Shown here piece by piece: positions 8,978 to 16,612 of a stretch of DNA of 64,000 nucleotides. Position numbers and translations under genes: made by a program. Position 1 is the first letter of the stretch; each line of letters starts with the position of its first letter. Under the pieces are notes generated by a model. That model was not told the origin of the DNA. It worked only from the letters and a program-made list of their open reading frames with translations, and ran no database searches. The DNA comes from Actinomycetales bacterium (lineage in GTDB: Bacteria; Actinomycetota; Actinomycetes; Actinomycetales; Angustibacteraceae): NCBI GenBank assembly GCA_035264765.1, contig DATFPQ010000268.1, forward strand, positions 923-64,922. Direction: 5' to 3'.

Positions 8978-10243
8978 GTGACGCGTGCCCCCGAGGTCGA
9001 GGTGCTGGGCCACCCCGAAGCCGGGCCCGGCGCGGGACGGCGTCCCCTCGGCGGCCTTCCACGGGCGCTCCTCGCGGCCCTGGTGCTCGCCCTGGCGGCG
9101 TTCCCGGGCGCTTACCACTACCTGGTGCAGTGGCCACAGGACCAGTGGCAGGTCGACGTCGAGGTGTACCGGGAGGCCGCCCGCTCGGTCGTCTACGGGC
9201 GCCCGCTCTACGAGCAGCTCACCGAGCCGCCCCAGCTGCTGCCGTTCACCTACCCGCCGTTCGCGGCGCTCGTGGCACTGCCCCTGGCCATGCTCCCGTT
9301 CCGGGCGGTCGGCGTCCTGTGGACGGTCGCCCAGGTGCTGGCGACGTACGCGACCGTGCTCCTGGCGTTCCGGCCGCTGCTGGCTCGCGCGAGTGCCTGG
9401 CGGTGGGTGGCCGGTGCGGCGCTCACCGCCCCGGTGCTGTGGATGCTGCCGGTGTCGGACGGCATCCGGTTCGGGCAGATCAACGCCTTCATCGTGCTGC
9501 TGTGCACGGCCGACCTGCTCGCGGTTCGGGCTCCTTGGGCGCGCTGGACGGGCGCGCGCGGCGCGCTCATCGGCCTGGCCACGGCGATCAAGCTCACGCC
9601 GGGCGTGTTCCTGCTGCACTTCGTGTGGTCGCGGAGGTGGCGGGAGGCCTTCACGGTCGCGGCGGCCGCCGCCTTCGCCACGGTGCTCGCCTTCTTGGTG
9701 CTGCCCGAGGCCTCCCTTGCCTTCTGGGGCGGCGCGCTGTCCGACCCGGCCCGGCTGGGACCCAACGCGGGGACCACGAACCAGTCCCTGCGCGGGGTGC
9801 TGCTGCGGCTCGGGCCGGACGGCGCGTCCGGGACGGCGCTCTGGATGGTACTCGTCGCCGCGGTCGGCGCCGTCGGGTTCACCGTGGCCCGCCGCGCTGC
9901 CGCGGCCGGCGACCGGGTGAGCGAGCTCGCCGCGGTCGGGCTGATGGCGGTACTGCTCTCACCCGTGGCCTGGATCCACCACTTCGCCTGGATGACGCTC
10001 GCCGTCGCCGCCCTCGCCGGTGACGGCCGGTCGCGGCGCCGGCTCGTCATGGCGGGCGTGGTGCTGGCCTGGTTCCTGACCCGGATGCCGTGGTGGGGCG
10101 TGGCCTGGATCGAGGCCGGTTGGCCGATCGCGATCGGCCGGCTGCTGCAGAACGCCTACCTTCTCGGCGCGCTGCTTGCGCTTGGGCTGCTCTGGCGGGT
10201 CGTGCCGCGCGGCGCGGCTGAGCCGAACCGGCCGACGCTGTAG
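8978..10243 (+). CDS. GT87 / DUF2029-type alpha-mannosyltransferase-like membrane protein
   Basis: ORF track. WQVDVEVYREAA...LLPFTYPPFAAL...GQINAFIVLL...GLATAIKLTPGVFLL are typical of the GT87 (PimE/MptC-like) family. Confidence 0.75.
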   Translation: MTRAPEVEVLGHPEAGPGAGRRPLGGLPRALLAALVLALAAFPGAYHYLVQWPQDQWQVDVEVYREAARSVVYGRPLYEQLTEPPQLLPFTYPPFAALVALPLAMLPFRAVGVLWTVAQVLATYATVLLAFRPLLARASAWRWVAGAALTAPVLWMLPVSDGIRFGQINAFIVLLCTADLLAVRAPWARWTGARGALIGLATAIKLTPGVFLLHFVWSRRWREAFTVAAAAAFATVLAFLVLPEASLAFWGGALSDPARLGPNAGTTNQSLRGVLLRLGPDGASGTALWMVLVAAVGAVGFTVARRAAAAGDRVSELAAVGLMAVLLSPVAWIHHFAWMTLAVAALAGDGRSRRRLVMAGVVLAWFLTRMPWWGVAWIEAGWPIAIGRLLQNAYLLGALLALGLLWRVVPRGAAEPNRPTL

Positions 10244-11001
10244 GCGGACGTCCACAGCCGCTGCCGGGTGATCATCGTCCCGGTGCGCCGGGCGACCCAC
10301 ATGGTGTCCTCCCCGGCGTAGATGCCGACGTGGGTCACCCGCCCGCCGATGCGGAAGATCATCAGGTCGCCGAGCTGCCGGTCCGCCTGGACGACGGGGC
10401 GCGCCACGACCGCCTGCGCGCGCGAGGTCCGCGGCAGCGCCACGCCGAGTCGGGAGTACACGTACTGGACGAACCCCGAGCAGTCGAAGGCGTCGGGCCC
10501 GGCGGCGCCGTACACGTACGGCTTCCCGACGTGCCGCGCCGCCTCGACGACGGCGCGCGCGCCCAGCGAGACCCGGGTGGTCGACCGCGACACCTTGACC
10601 GTCCGCCGAGGGGCCGCCGCCCGGGCCCTCAGCGCCCGCCAGGTCGGGGCGCCGACGACGCCATCGCCCGTGAGGTGGCTGGTCCGCTGGAAGGCCACGA
10701 CCGCCCGGCGGGTCCCGCGGCCGAACACGCCGTCCGCAGGCACGCGCAGCAGCCGCTGCAATGTGACGACGGCGGGACCGCGCGACCCGAGCCGCAGCTT
10801 GGGGCTCGCGGTCGTGCCGGCTTTGGTAGCGGGCGGCGTGGGGTCCGCCGCGGCGGGGGCGGCGAGCGGGACGCCGAGCGTGAGGGTCAGGCTGGCGACG
10901 GTGAGCAGACGGCGGATCCTGATGCGGGCGCGCGGACGCCGGTGACGCCCGGGCTGTACGGGGGAGGCCGAGAAGGCAGGCAGGGGGGCAGAGACGGACA
11001 C
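10156..11001 (-). CDS. Secreted NlpC/P60 peptidoglycan endopeptidase with an N-terminal PG-binding domain
   Basis: GTG at 11001 (VSVSAPLP...) lies 6 nt after GAGAGG. A signal-like segment is present. The PG_binding_1-like segment is GSRGPAVVTLQRLLRV..DGVFG..T..AV..FQ. The NlpC/P60 core is GKPYVYGAAGPDAFDCSGFVQYVY...THVGIY. The upstream 130 codons of ORF 10156..11394 cover the riboswitch and are not coding. Confidence 0.85.
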   Translation of the reverse strand: MSVSAPLPAFSASPVQPGRHRRPRARIRIRRLLTVASLTLTLGVPLAAPAAADPTPPATKAGTTASPKLRLGSRGPAVVTLQRLLRVPADGVFGRGTRRAVVAFQRTSHLTGDGVVGAPTWRALRARAAAPRRTVKVSRSTTRVSLGARAVVEAARHVGKPYVYGAAGPDAFDCSGFVQYVYSRLGVALPRTSRAQAVVARPVVQADRQLGDLMIFRIGGRVTHVGIYAGEDTMWVARRTGTMITRQRLWTSAYSVGRFGSAAPRGTTRQSSPSASSAPRR

Positions 11002-11016
11002 GGGAAACCTCTCCGA

Positions 11017-11175
11017 CGCCTCCGAGGTGAGCTGTCGGGTTCGGGCAGGAGAGCCCGGTCGCGAGGCGACTTCACCCCAAGGGAGCGCGCGGCTCCCGTC
11101 GTGCGGTGGTTCCCCCGGTTCCGCCCTGCTGCAGTGTCGTAGGTACCGCTGGGGCGTCGGACGGAACTCGGCGGG
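11017..11175 (-). promoter_or_regulatory. ydaO/yuaA-type cyclic-di-AMP riboswitch in the NlpC/P60 leader
   Basis: The minus-strand RNA reads CGCCGAGUUC...GGCGGAACCGGGGGAACCACC...CCCUUGGGGUGAAGUC...CCCGAACCCGACAGCUCACCUCGGAGGCG. This matches the conserved ydaO blocks (CGCUnAAUC, ACGGGGGAnCC, GGGGUGAAUC, CCCGAAUCCGnCAGCUAACCUCGUAAGCG). The context is the classic actinobacterial one (cell-wall hydrolase). Boundaries are approximate. Confidence 0.75.
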
Positions 11176-11432
11176 GACGTCTGCGGCGGTCCGCGTGTCG
11201 GCGGAGTAGCAGGAGTCTGACCGACGGCCGACGATCTTGGCAATGGTCAGGCGTCGACTCGTCGCCCCGCGCAACCGTTGCAGACCGCGTAGTGCCGGCT
11301 CTTGCCGGACGTCCCGATCCTGCCGAACCGGACAGGTACTAGCACCAAGGTCGTATTCACGCTGACTCCTGCGACGTCGACACGAGGAGCACACCGCCGG
11401 ATCGGCTGGCGGGCGTCCCGAAGGGCAAGCCC

Positions 11433-12245
11433 ATGCGATCGACCCTCCTGCGTGCCGCGCTCGCGGCCGTGACCCTCGCCGTCCCCACCGTCGCGGTCCC
11501 CACGCTGGCCGCCGCCCCGGCGCACGCGGCCGCCTCGACCGGCTGTGAGGGCGGTGGGTTCGCCGTCACGACGCCGGACGGCAGGACGGCGTCCGGACGC
11601 ACCACGGTGAAGCTGTCGACGTCCGGCCTGACCGCCGACAGCCTGGTGCGGCTCCGCGGACGCTACGTCGAGCTGGACGTCGCCCCGGTCACCGGCAACG
11701 TCTACCGGTACGTCTACACCGGAGCCGCCAACCCGCTGTCGATGACGCCCGGCGTCCGGACGCCCGTGTGGGAGAGCAAGACCCTGGACCTCGGCCCCGT
11801 GCTGCGCTCGGACCTCGAGGTGCGGGTCGACGGTCCCGACCTGGTGCTGCTCTCGCGTGGGCGGACCGCAAAGGTGAAGGTCCAGGCGAAGGACTGCGCG
11901 ACCGGCGGGATCTTCCAGCAGGAGGCCGAGGCGGCAACGGCCGTGACCGCCACGCACATCCTCGCGGCAGGAATGTACTACTACGTCAACCCGTACACCG
12001 GGAAGGTCAACTTCGGGAACGGGACCGCCTTCCGCGGCAAGGACTCGCCGCAGGTCGCGACTCGCCAGAGCCAGACCGACAGCACCACGGTGTGGCGGAT
12101 CGAGCCCGGTGGGCGGATGGGCCAGGTGCTGGGGGAGGACGCGGTGGAGCTGGGTGCCGGACCCACCGCGTGCGTCACCGACTGCCAGGCGCAGAACCGG
12201 ATCCGCGGCTCCCTCCCGGTCACGGACCCCGCCTACTCCTCCTGA
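11433..12245 (+). CDS. Secreted hypothetical protein
   Basis: ORF track. Signal peptide MRSTLLRAALAAVTLAVPTVAVPTLAAAPAHAAA. Four Cys residues. No family recognised. Confidence 0.6.
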   Translation: MRSTLLRAALAAVTLAVPTVAVPTLAAAPAHAAASTGCEGGGFAVTTPDGRTASGRTTVKLSTSGLTADSLVRLRGRYVELDVAPVTGNVYRYVYTGAANPLSMTPGVRTPVWESKTLDLGPVLRSDLEVRVDGPDLVLLSRGRTAKVKVQAKDCATGGIFQQEAEAATAVTATHILAAGMYYYVNPYTGKVNFGNGTAFRGKDSPQVATRQSQTDSTTVWRIEPGGRMGQVLGEDAVELGAGPTACVTDCQAQNRIRGSLPVTDPAYSS

Positions 12246-12261
12246 CGCATCGACCCGAACC

Positions 12262-12319
12262 GGGGGCAGAAGGGCGTTCCGCCGCCGCGACAGCCGGCTC
12301 CAGGACGACTTCTGCCCCC
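12262..12319. repeat. Perfect 11-bp inverted repeat (GGGGGCAGAAG / CTTCTGCCCCC) with a 36-nt spacer
   Basis: Read directly: arms at 12262-12272 and 12309-12319, in the intergenic gap between the secreted protein gene (stop 12245) and the DinB-like gene (start 12362). Confidence 0.6.
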
Positions 12320-12361
12320 GCCCCTGCTGCTGCCGAGCGGCGATGCTGCCACGATCTTGAG

Positions 12362-12871
12362 GTGCGCATCGAACCGAAGACCATCGGCTCCGAGCTGGAC
12401 CTGCTGCGGCAGTACCTCGACTACCAGCGCGAGACGGTGCTGCTGAAGACCGAAGGCCTCAGCCGCGAGCAGCTGGCGCAGCCCCTGGCGCCCTCGTCGC
12501 TGACCCTGGCCGGGCTGCTGTACCACCTCGCCCTCGTGGAGGAGGTCTGGCTGGAGGTCCGCTTCGCCGGGATGCCCGAGCGGCCGCCGTGGGCCGGCGT
12601 GGACTGGGACGCCGACCCGGACTGGGAGTTCCGTACCGCCGCCGACCTGGCGCCGCACCAGCTGCGGCGCCGCTACCGGGAGGCCTGTCACCGCAGCCGC
12701 GGCGTGGTGGCGCGCGCGAGCGGCCTCGACCAGCTCTCCGTGCACACGACGCGCGGCGGCGAGCGGTTCACCCTGCGCTGGGCTCTGCTGCACCTGATGG
12801 AGGAGACCTCGCGGCACGCGGGGCACGCCGACCTGCTCCGCGAGGCCATCGATGGCACCGTCGGAGACTGA
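12362..12871 (+). CDS. DinB-family / DUF664 (mycothiol-dependent enzyme-like) protein
   Basis: In-frame GTG at 12362 in ORF 11768..12871. LLRQYLDYQRETVLLKTEGLSREQL...LLYHLALVEEVW...WALLHLMEETSRHAGHADLLREAIDG is the typical DUF664 four-helix pattern. Confidence 0.75.
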   Translation: MRIEPKTIGSELDLLRQYLDYQRETVLLKTEGLSREQLAQPLAPSSLTLAGLLYHLALVEEVWLEVRFAGMPERPPWAGVDWDADPDWEFRTAADLAPHQLRRRYREACHRSRGVVARASGLDQLSVHTTRGGERFTLRWALLHLMEETSRHAGHADLLREAIDGTVGD

Positions 12872-12928
12872 GCCGTTCACAGCGATCGCGAACTGGTGCA
12901 CCGCCCCGGCACGCGGTACACCGGCACG

Positions 12929-13336
12929 ATGACCGACGACGCGGCCGCCGAGCCGTTCCAGGCCACGATCGCCGCCTGGCTCCCCGTGCCGGACGGGCCG
13001 CGGGCGCTCGCCTACTACCAGGCTGCCTTCGGTGCCGTCGAGCGGTACACGCTCACCGACGACAACGGCCGGGTGGTCGTCGCCCGGCTGACGGTGGGCG
13101 GCGCGGAGCTGTGGCTCGGCGAGGACTCCGAGCCTGAGCCGCGGGCAGGGGGCCGGCGGGTCCGGTTGGTCCTCACCGTGGAGCACCCGGACCGGATCTT
13201 CGCCCAGGCCGTCGCCGCCGGAGGGACCGAGGTCTTCCCGGTCGGGGAGGACCACGGCTGGCGGGTCGGACGCCTCGTCGACCCCTTCGGCCACCACTGG
13301 GAGGTCGGCCGTCCGCTGCCGGCGCAGGACGGATGA
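12929..13336 (+). CDS. VOC (glyoxalase/bleomycin-resistance fold) family protein, PhnB-like
   Basis: ATG at 12929 in ORF 12896..13336. ALAYYQAAFGA...VVARLTVGGAELWLGE...GWRVGRLVDPFGHHWEVG. Confidence 0.75.
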   Translation: MTDDAAAEPFQATIAAWLPVPDGPRALAYYQAAFGAVERYTLTDDNGRVVVARLTVGGAELWLGEDSEPEPRAGGRRVRLVLTVEHPDRIFAQAVAAGGTEVFPVGEDHGWRVGRLVDPFGHHWEVGRPLPAQDG

Positions 13337-13349
13337 GCAGCGGGCGGTG

Positions 13350-14024
13350 TCAGCCTTCCACGCCGGTGTCCGCGTGGGCCGCGCCGACCGGCTTGGACTC
13401 CGGCGAGCCGCGCTGGCGCAGGTAGATGGACAGTGCCGTCATGCTCGCCACCGCGAGGAACTCCGACTGCCAGTTCTGCATCGTCCGGTTCCAGAAGTCG
13501 GCGGTGGCCAGGTAGCCGGTCAGCGACACGGGCTGCTCGAGCTGGCGCAGCTGCTCCTCGTTGTACGCGCTGCTCCCGGCGATCCACTGAGCGGTCCAGG
13601 AGCCGAGGAAGAGCGCGCCCATCACCAGGCCCAGCGAGTTGGAGTAGACGCTGAGCCGCCAGCCCCGGACCTTGGCCCACGCGGGGGAGTCACGCTTGGC
13701 GTGCTCGCCGACCCGCTGGTCCTCGTCGGACTCGGTGCCGACCTCGTCGAGCTCCTTGGACTCCGGCGAGCCGCGCTGGACCAGCCACACCGTCAGGACG
13801 ATGAAGAGGAGAAACTGCAGATACTCCGACTGCCAGTTCTCCGCCACATCCACCGCGAAGTCCGAGGTGCCCAGGTAGGCCAGGAGGGAGATCTGGTCGG
13901 CGCCGTCCGCCACCGCCTGGCTGTTGTACTGAGCAACCCCACTAAGCGCCTGGCCGACGAGCGCCAGCAGGCACAGGACGCCGAAGACCAAGGTGAGGCT
14001 GTTGTCGCGGAGGGCTCGCTTCAT
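13350..14024 (-). CDS. DUF6766-like membrane protein with an internal duplication
   Basis: ORF track. Two homologous halves each end in NWQSE(Y/F)L...(V/R)QRGSPESK, seen at about aa 63-97 and about aa 183-212. Confidence 0.65.
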   Translation of the reverse strand: MKRALRDNSLTLVFGVLCLLALVGQALSGVAQYNSQAVADGADQISLLAYLGTSDFAVDVAENWQSEYLQFLLFIVLTVWLVQRGSPESKELDEVGTESDEDQRVGEHAKRDSPAWAKVRGWRLSVYSNSLGLVMGALFLGSWTAQWIAGSSAYNEEQLRQLEQPVSLTGYLATADFWNRTMQNWQSEFLAVASMTALSIYLRQRGSPESKPVGAAHADTGVEG

Positions 14025-14031
14025 GATCGCC

Positions 14032-14115
14032 TCACCGATGCAGCAGGCCGATGGCGACGACGTAGCCCAGCCCGCAGATCACGAGCACCAGGCAACCGGT
14101 GAAGACGTTTCGCAT
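14032..14115 (-). CDS. Candidate 27-aa hydrophobic micro-ORF (MRNVFTGCLVLVICGLGYVVAIGLLHR)
   Basis: Below the ORF-track size cutoff. My translation. Its ATG (14115) lies 1 nt after the lipoprotein stop (14117-14119), and its TGA lies 7 nt before the DUF6766 ATG. It forms a single TM helix. Confidence 0.3.
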   Translation of the reverse strand: MRNVFTGCLVLVICGLGYVVAIGLLHR

Positions 14116-14116
14116 C

Positions 14117-14533
14117 TCAGCCACCTCCCAGCCGACACTGCGCGGGTTGGTCCTCACGCAGGGTGCACCCGGCCGCCAGCACCCGCCAGCGACCGTCGAC
14201 CTCGGTCAGAAACACCGTCGCCGGGCCCATCGGCACCATTGCCGAGCTGCCCCAGACCTCGGCGGGGCCACGCTGCGAGGGCTTCCCGAGGTCGAGCGAG
14301 GCAGCGGCCACCGGGCACGGTGCCGACTCCTGCTGCTCCAGCTGCTGCGCCGTCTGCGGGGCCAGCAGGGCGCACAGCGCGGCGACGTCGCGCGTCGAAG
14401 AAGCCTGCACGGCAGCCTCCGCCGTCCGAACCGCCTCCTCGGAGGACGCCGAACCGGAGCAGGCGGTGCTCAGCGTCAGGAAGCACACAGCGGCCAGGGC
14501 GGTCCGAGCCCGCTGCCGGGCGCTTGTCGGCAT
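14117..14533 (-). CDS. Putative lipoprotein
   Basis: ATG at 14533 is preceded by GAGGAGGAGG. Lipobox LTLSTAC follows a basic N-terminus (MPTSARQRARTALAAVCFLTLSTACSGS). Confidence 0.6.
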   Translation of the reverse strand: MPTSARQRARTALAAVCFLTLSTACSGSASSEEAVRTAEAAVQASSTRDVAALCALLAPQTAQQLEQQESAPCPVAAASLDLGKPSQRGPAEVWGSSAMVPMGPATVFLTEVDGRWRVLAAGCTLREDQPAQCRLGGG

Positions 14534-14611
14534 CGGTGCGCGCCTCCTCCTCGGTGGTGTGTCGGCACGGTACCGAGGGCCGAAGGCGGTCACACGTCCA
14601 CGGGCGGCGCG

Positions 14612-15232
14612 TCAGACCGGAATCTCGAGCCCGAGCGCCTGCAGCGCGGTCAGCACCGCCAGCAGCAGGCAGACCCCGCCACCGATCCGGCGGATCGTCG
14701 ACAGCCGAACCTTGGTCAGCAGCACCCGGCCGACGGCGGCGCCGAGGGCGGACACGAGCAGCAGCCCGACCCAGGCGCCCACGAAGACCGACACCGGGTC
14801 CTTGGTGCGGACCACCAGCCCGGCGGTCAGCAGCTGCGACAGGTCGCCCCACTCGGCGACGAACAGCACCAGGAAGCTCGCCCCGACGGCGCGGAGCCCG
14901 GTGGTTGCGTTGCCGGCGACCTTGCCGGCGAACTCCTCCTCGGTCTCGGCCTCCTCCTCGTCGGCGCGCGAGGCGCCGCGCAGCAGCACGAAGCCACCGA
15001 TGGCGAACAGCGTGGCCGCCACCACCTCGACCGGACGGCGGGGCAGCTGGGCGATCAGGCCGCCGGCGGTCACGGCCACGAGTGTCTGGACGAGGAATGC
15101 CAGGCCGACGCCGACCCACACGGCCAGCGGGCGGTAGCGCGTGGCGAGCACCAGCGTTGCCACGAAGGTCTTGTCTGGGAGCTCGACGGGGACGATGAGC
15201 AGCAGCGCAGTGAGCGCGACGGCGGGGTCCAT
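14612..15232 (-). CDS. UPF0016 / GDT1 (TMEM165) family cation (Mn2+/Ca2+) transporter
   Basis: ORF 14612..15250, start taken at MDPAVAL (a GTG at 15250 is also possible). The two E-x-G-D-(KR)-(TS) type repeats are visible (VELPDKTF and AEWGDLSQL). Confidence 0.85.
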   Translation of the reverse strand: MDPAVALTALLLIVPVELPDKTFVATLVLATRYRPLAVWVGVGLAFLVQTLVAVTAGGLIAQLPRRPVEVVAATLFAIGGFVLLRGASRADEEEAETEEEFAGKVAGNATTGLRAVGASFLVLFVAEWGDLSQLLTAGLVVRTKDPVSVFVGAWVGLLLVSALGAAVGRVLLTKVRLSTIRRIGGGVCLLLAVLTALQALGLEIPV

Positions 15233-15319
15233 GGGTTCCTGTCCCGGCACGACCGGACCGCGGCGGACCCGGCACCGCGCCGTCGGTGTGAGCGGCCACC
15301 TGGGCCGGTCGGACGGTGG

Positions 15320-15412
15320 TGCCGAAGGTCTCGCCCACCTGCTGGCAGGTCTGCCGACCGGGCCCGGAGGCCAGCATGTCGACCGGCAGTTGCGGGGCTA
15401 CTCCCCTTCGAA
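15320..15412 (-). promoter_or_regulatory. yybP-ykoY (manganese) riboswitch
   Basis: The minus-strand RNA reads UUCGAAGGGGAGUAGCCCC...GGUCGACAUGCUGGC...GCCAGCAGGUGGGCGAGACCUUCGG. It contains the conserved GGGGAGUAG, GACAU and GAGACC boxes, with complementary P1 arms CGAAGG/CCUUCG. It sits upstream of a UPF0016 gene, which is a classic regulated family. I could not fully resolve the internal helices by eye. Confidence 0.7.
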
Positions 15413-16612
15413 CGGACCGAGCATATCGGACGCCGCAGCCCCCGCCCGCGCCAGCACGACCTTCAGCGGCAGCCCCAGGGCTCCCGCCGCGGCCGCCACG
15501 TCGTCGTGCTCCGGCATCGCGTTGACCACCCTGCCCTCGACCAAGGCGAGCTTCACCCGCACCTGCCGCCCACCGACGTCGACCGACCTCTCCGTGCGCG
15601 TGAGCGCGGTCTTCACGACCGCGTGCACGCGCAGGCCGATAGCGGTCGTCTCGGTGAGCACGATCCGTTCCAGGTCGGCGCGCAGGCCCGGCGGCGCGCC
15701 GGACCCTGTGGCGACGAGGACCGAGAGGGTGTGCGCGGGACGTCCCTTCTTCATCAGGATCGGCGTCAGCCAGGCGTCCGACGCGCCGGCGTCGAGCAGG
15801 CGCTTCAGCACGTGCGGCCAGACTCGGGGATCCAGGTCGTCGACGTTGGACTCGAGGACCAGAGCCGGCTCGGGTCCGTTCACCGGCGCCAGGGACCGGC
15901 CGAGCACCGCGCGCAGCGCGCCCAGCCGGTCCGGGAGGACCCTGCTGCCCGCGCCGACGCCCACCGCCTCCACCGTCGTGGGCGGCATCGGGCCGTACGC
16001 CGAGGCCAGCTCGGTCAGCAGGGCCGCGCCGGTCGGAGTGCAGAGCTCGACGTCGACCGGACCACCGTGAGCGGGTGCCCCGGCGCCGGCGAGCAGGTGC
16101 AGGACGGCGGGGCCCGGCACCGGGATCTCGCCGTGGGCCGACCTGGCGGTGCCGCCGCCCAGAGCGATCGGCCCGACGTGCACCGTGGCCGCGAGCCACG
16201 CCACGCCGGCGCAGACCCCCACCACGTCGGCCACCGCGTCGTGTGCGCCGACCTCGTGGAAGTGCACGGCATCCGGGGGGACTCCGTGGACCGCGCCCTC
16301 GGCGACGGCGAGGCGCTCGAACACCCCGTGCGCCGTCCGGGCGACCGCCGGTTCGAGCGAGGCGGCGTCGAGGAGGGCGCGGACGTCGGCCCAGGTGCGG
16401 TGCGCCGTGTCGTGGGCGTCCGGCGTGACGTGCGCCCTCGCGACGCGGAAGCTGTGCCGCCGCTCGTGCTCGAACGTGATGTCGACCGGCGCGACGGCGC
16501 GGGCCGCGCCCGCCATGACGTCCGGTGGGACGCCGAGGTCGAACAGCGCGGCCAGCAGCATGTCCCCGCTCGCACCGCTGGAGGCGTCGACCCACAGCAG
16601 CCGCTCGGTCAC
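15398..16612 (-). CDS. larC: LarC (nickel-pincer cofactor nickel insertion protein, DUF111)
   Basis: ORF 15398..16702, start taken at GTG 16612, which overlaps the larB stop (GTGA). LLWVDASSGASGDMLLAALFDLGV...VHFHEVGAHDAVADVVG are LarC N-terminal motifs. Confidence 0.85.
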   Translation of the reverse strand: MTERLLWVDASSGASGDMLLAALFDLGVPPDVMAGAARAVAPVDITFEHERRHSFRVARAHVTPDAHDTAHRTWADVRALLDAASLEPAVARTAHGVFERLAVAEGAVHGVPPDAVHFHEVGAHDAVADVVGVCAGVAWLAATVHVGPIALGGGTARSAHGEIPVPGPAVLHLLAGAGAPAHGGPVDVELCTPTGAALLTELASAYGPMPPTTVEAVGVGAGSRVLPDRLGALRAVLGRSLAPVNGPEPALVLESNVDDLDPRVWPHVLKRLLDAGASDAWLTPILMKKGRPAHTLSVLVATGSGAPPGLRADLERIVLTETTAIGLRVHAVVKTALTRTERSVDVGGRQVRVKLALVEGRVVNAMPEHDDVAAAAGALGLPLKVVLARAGAAASDMLGPFEGE

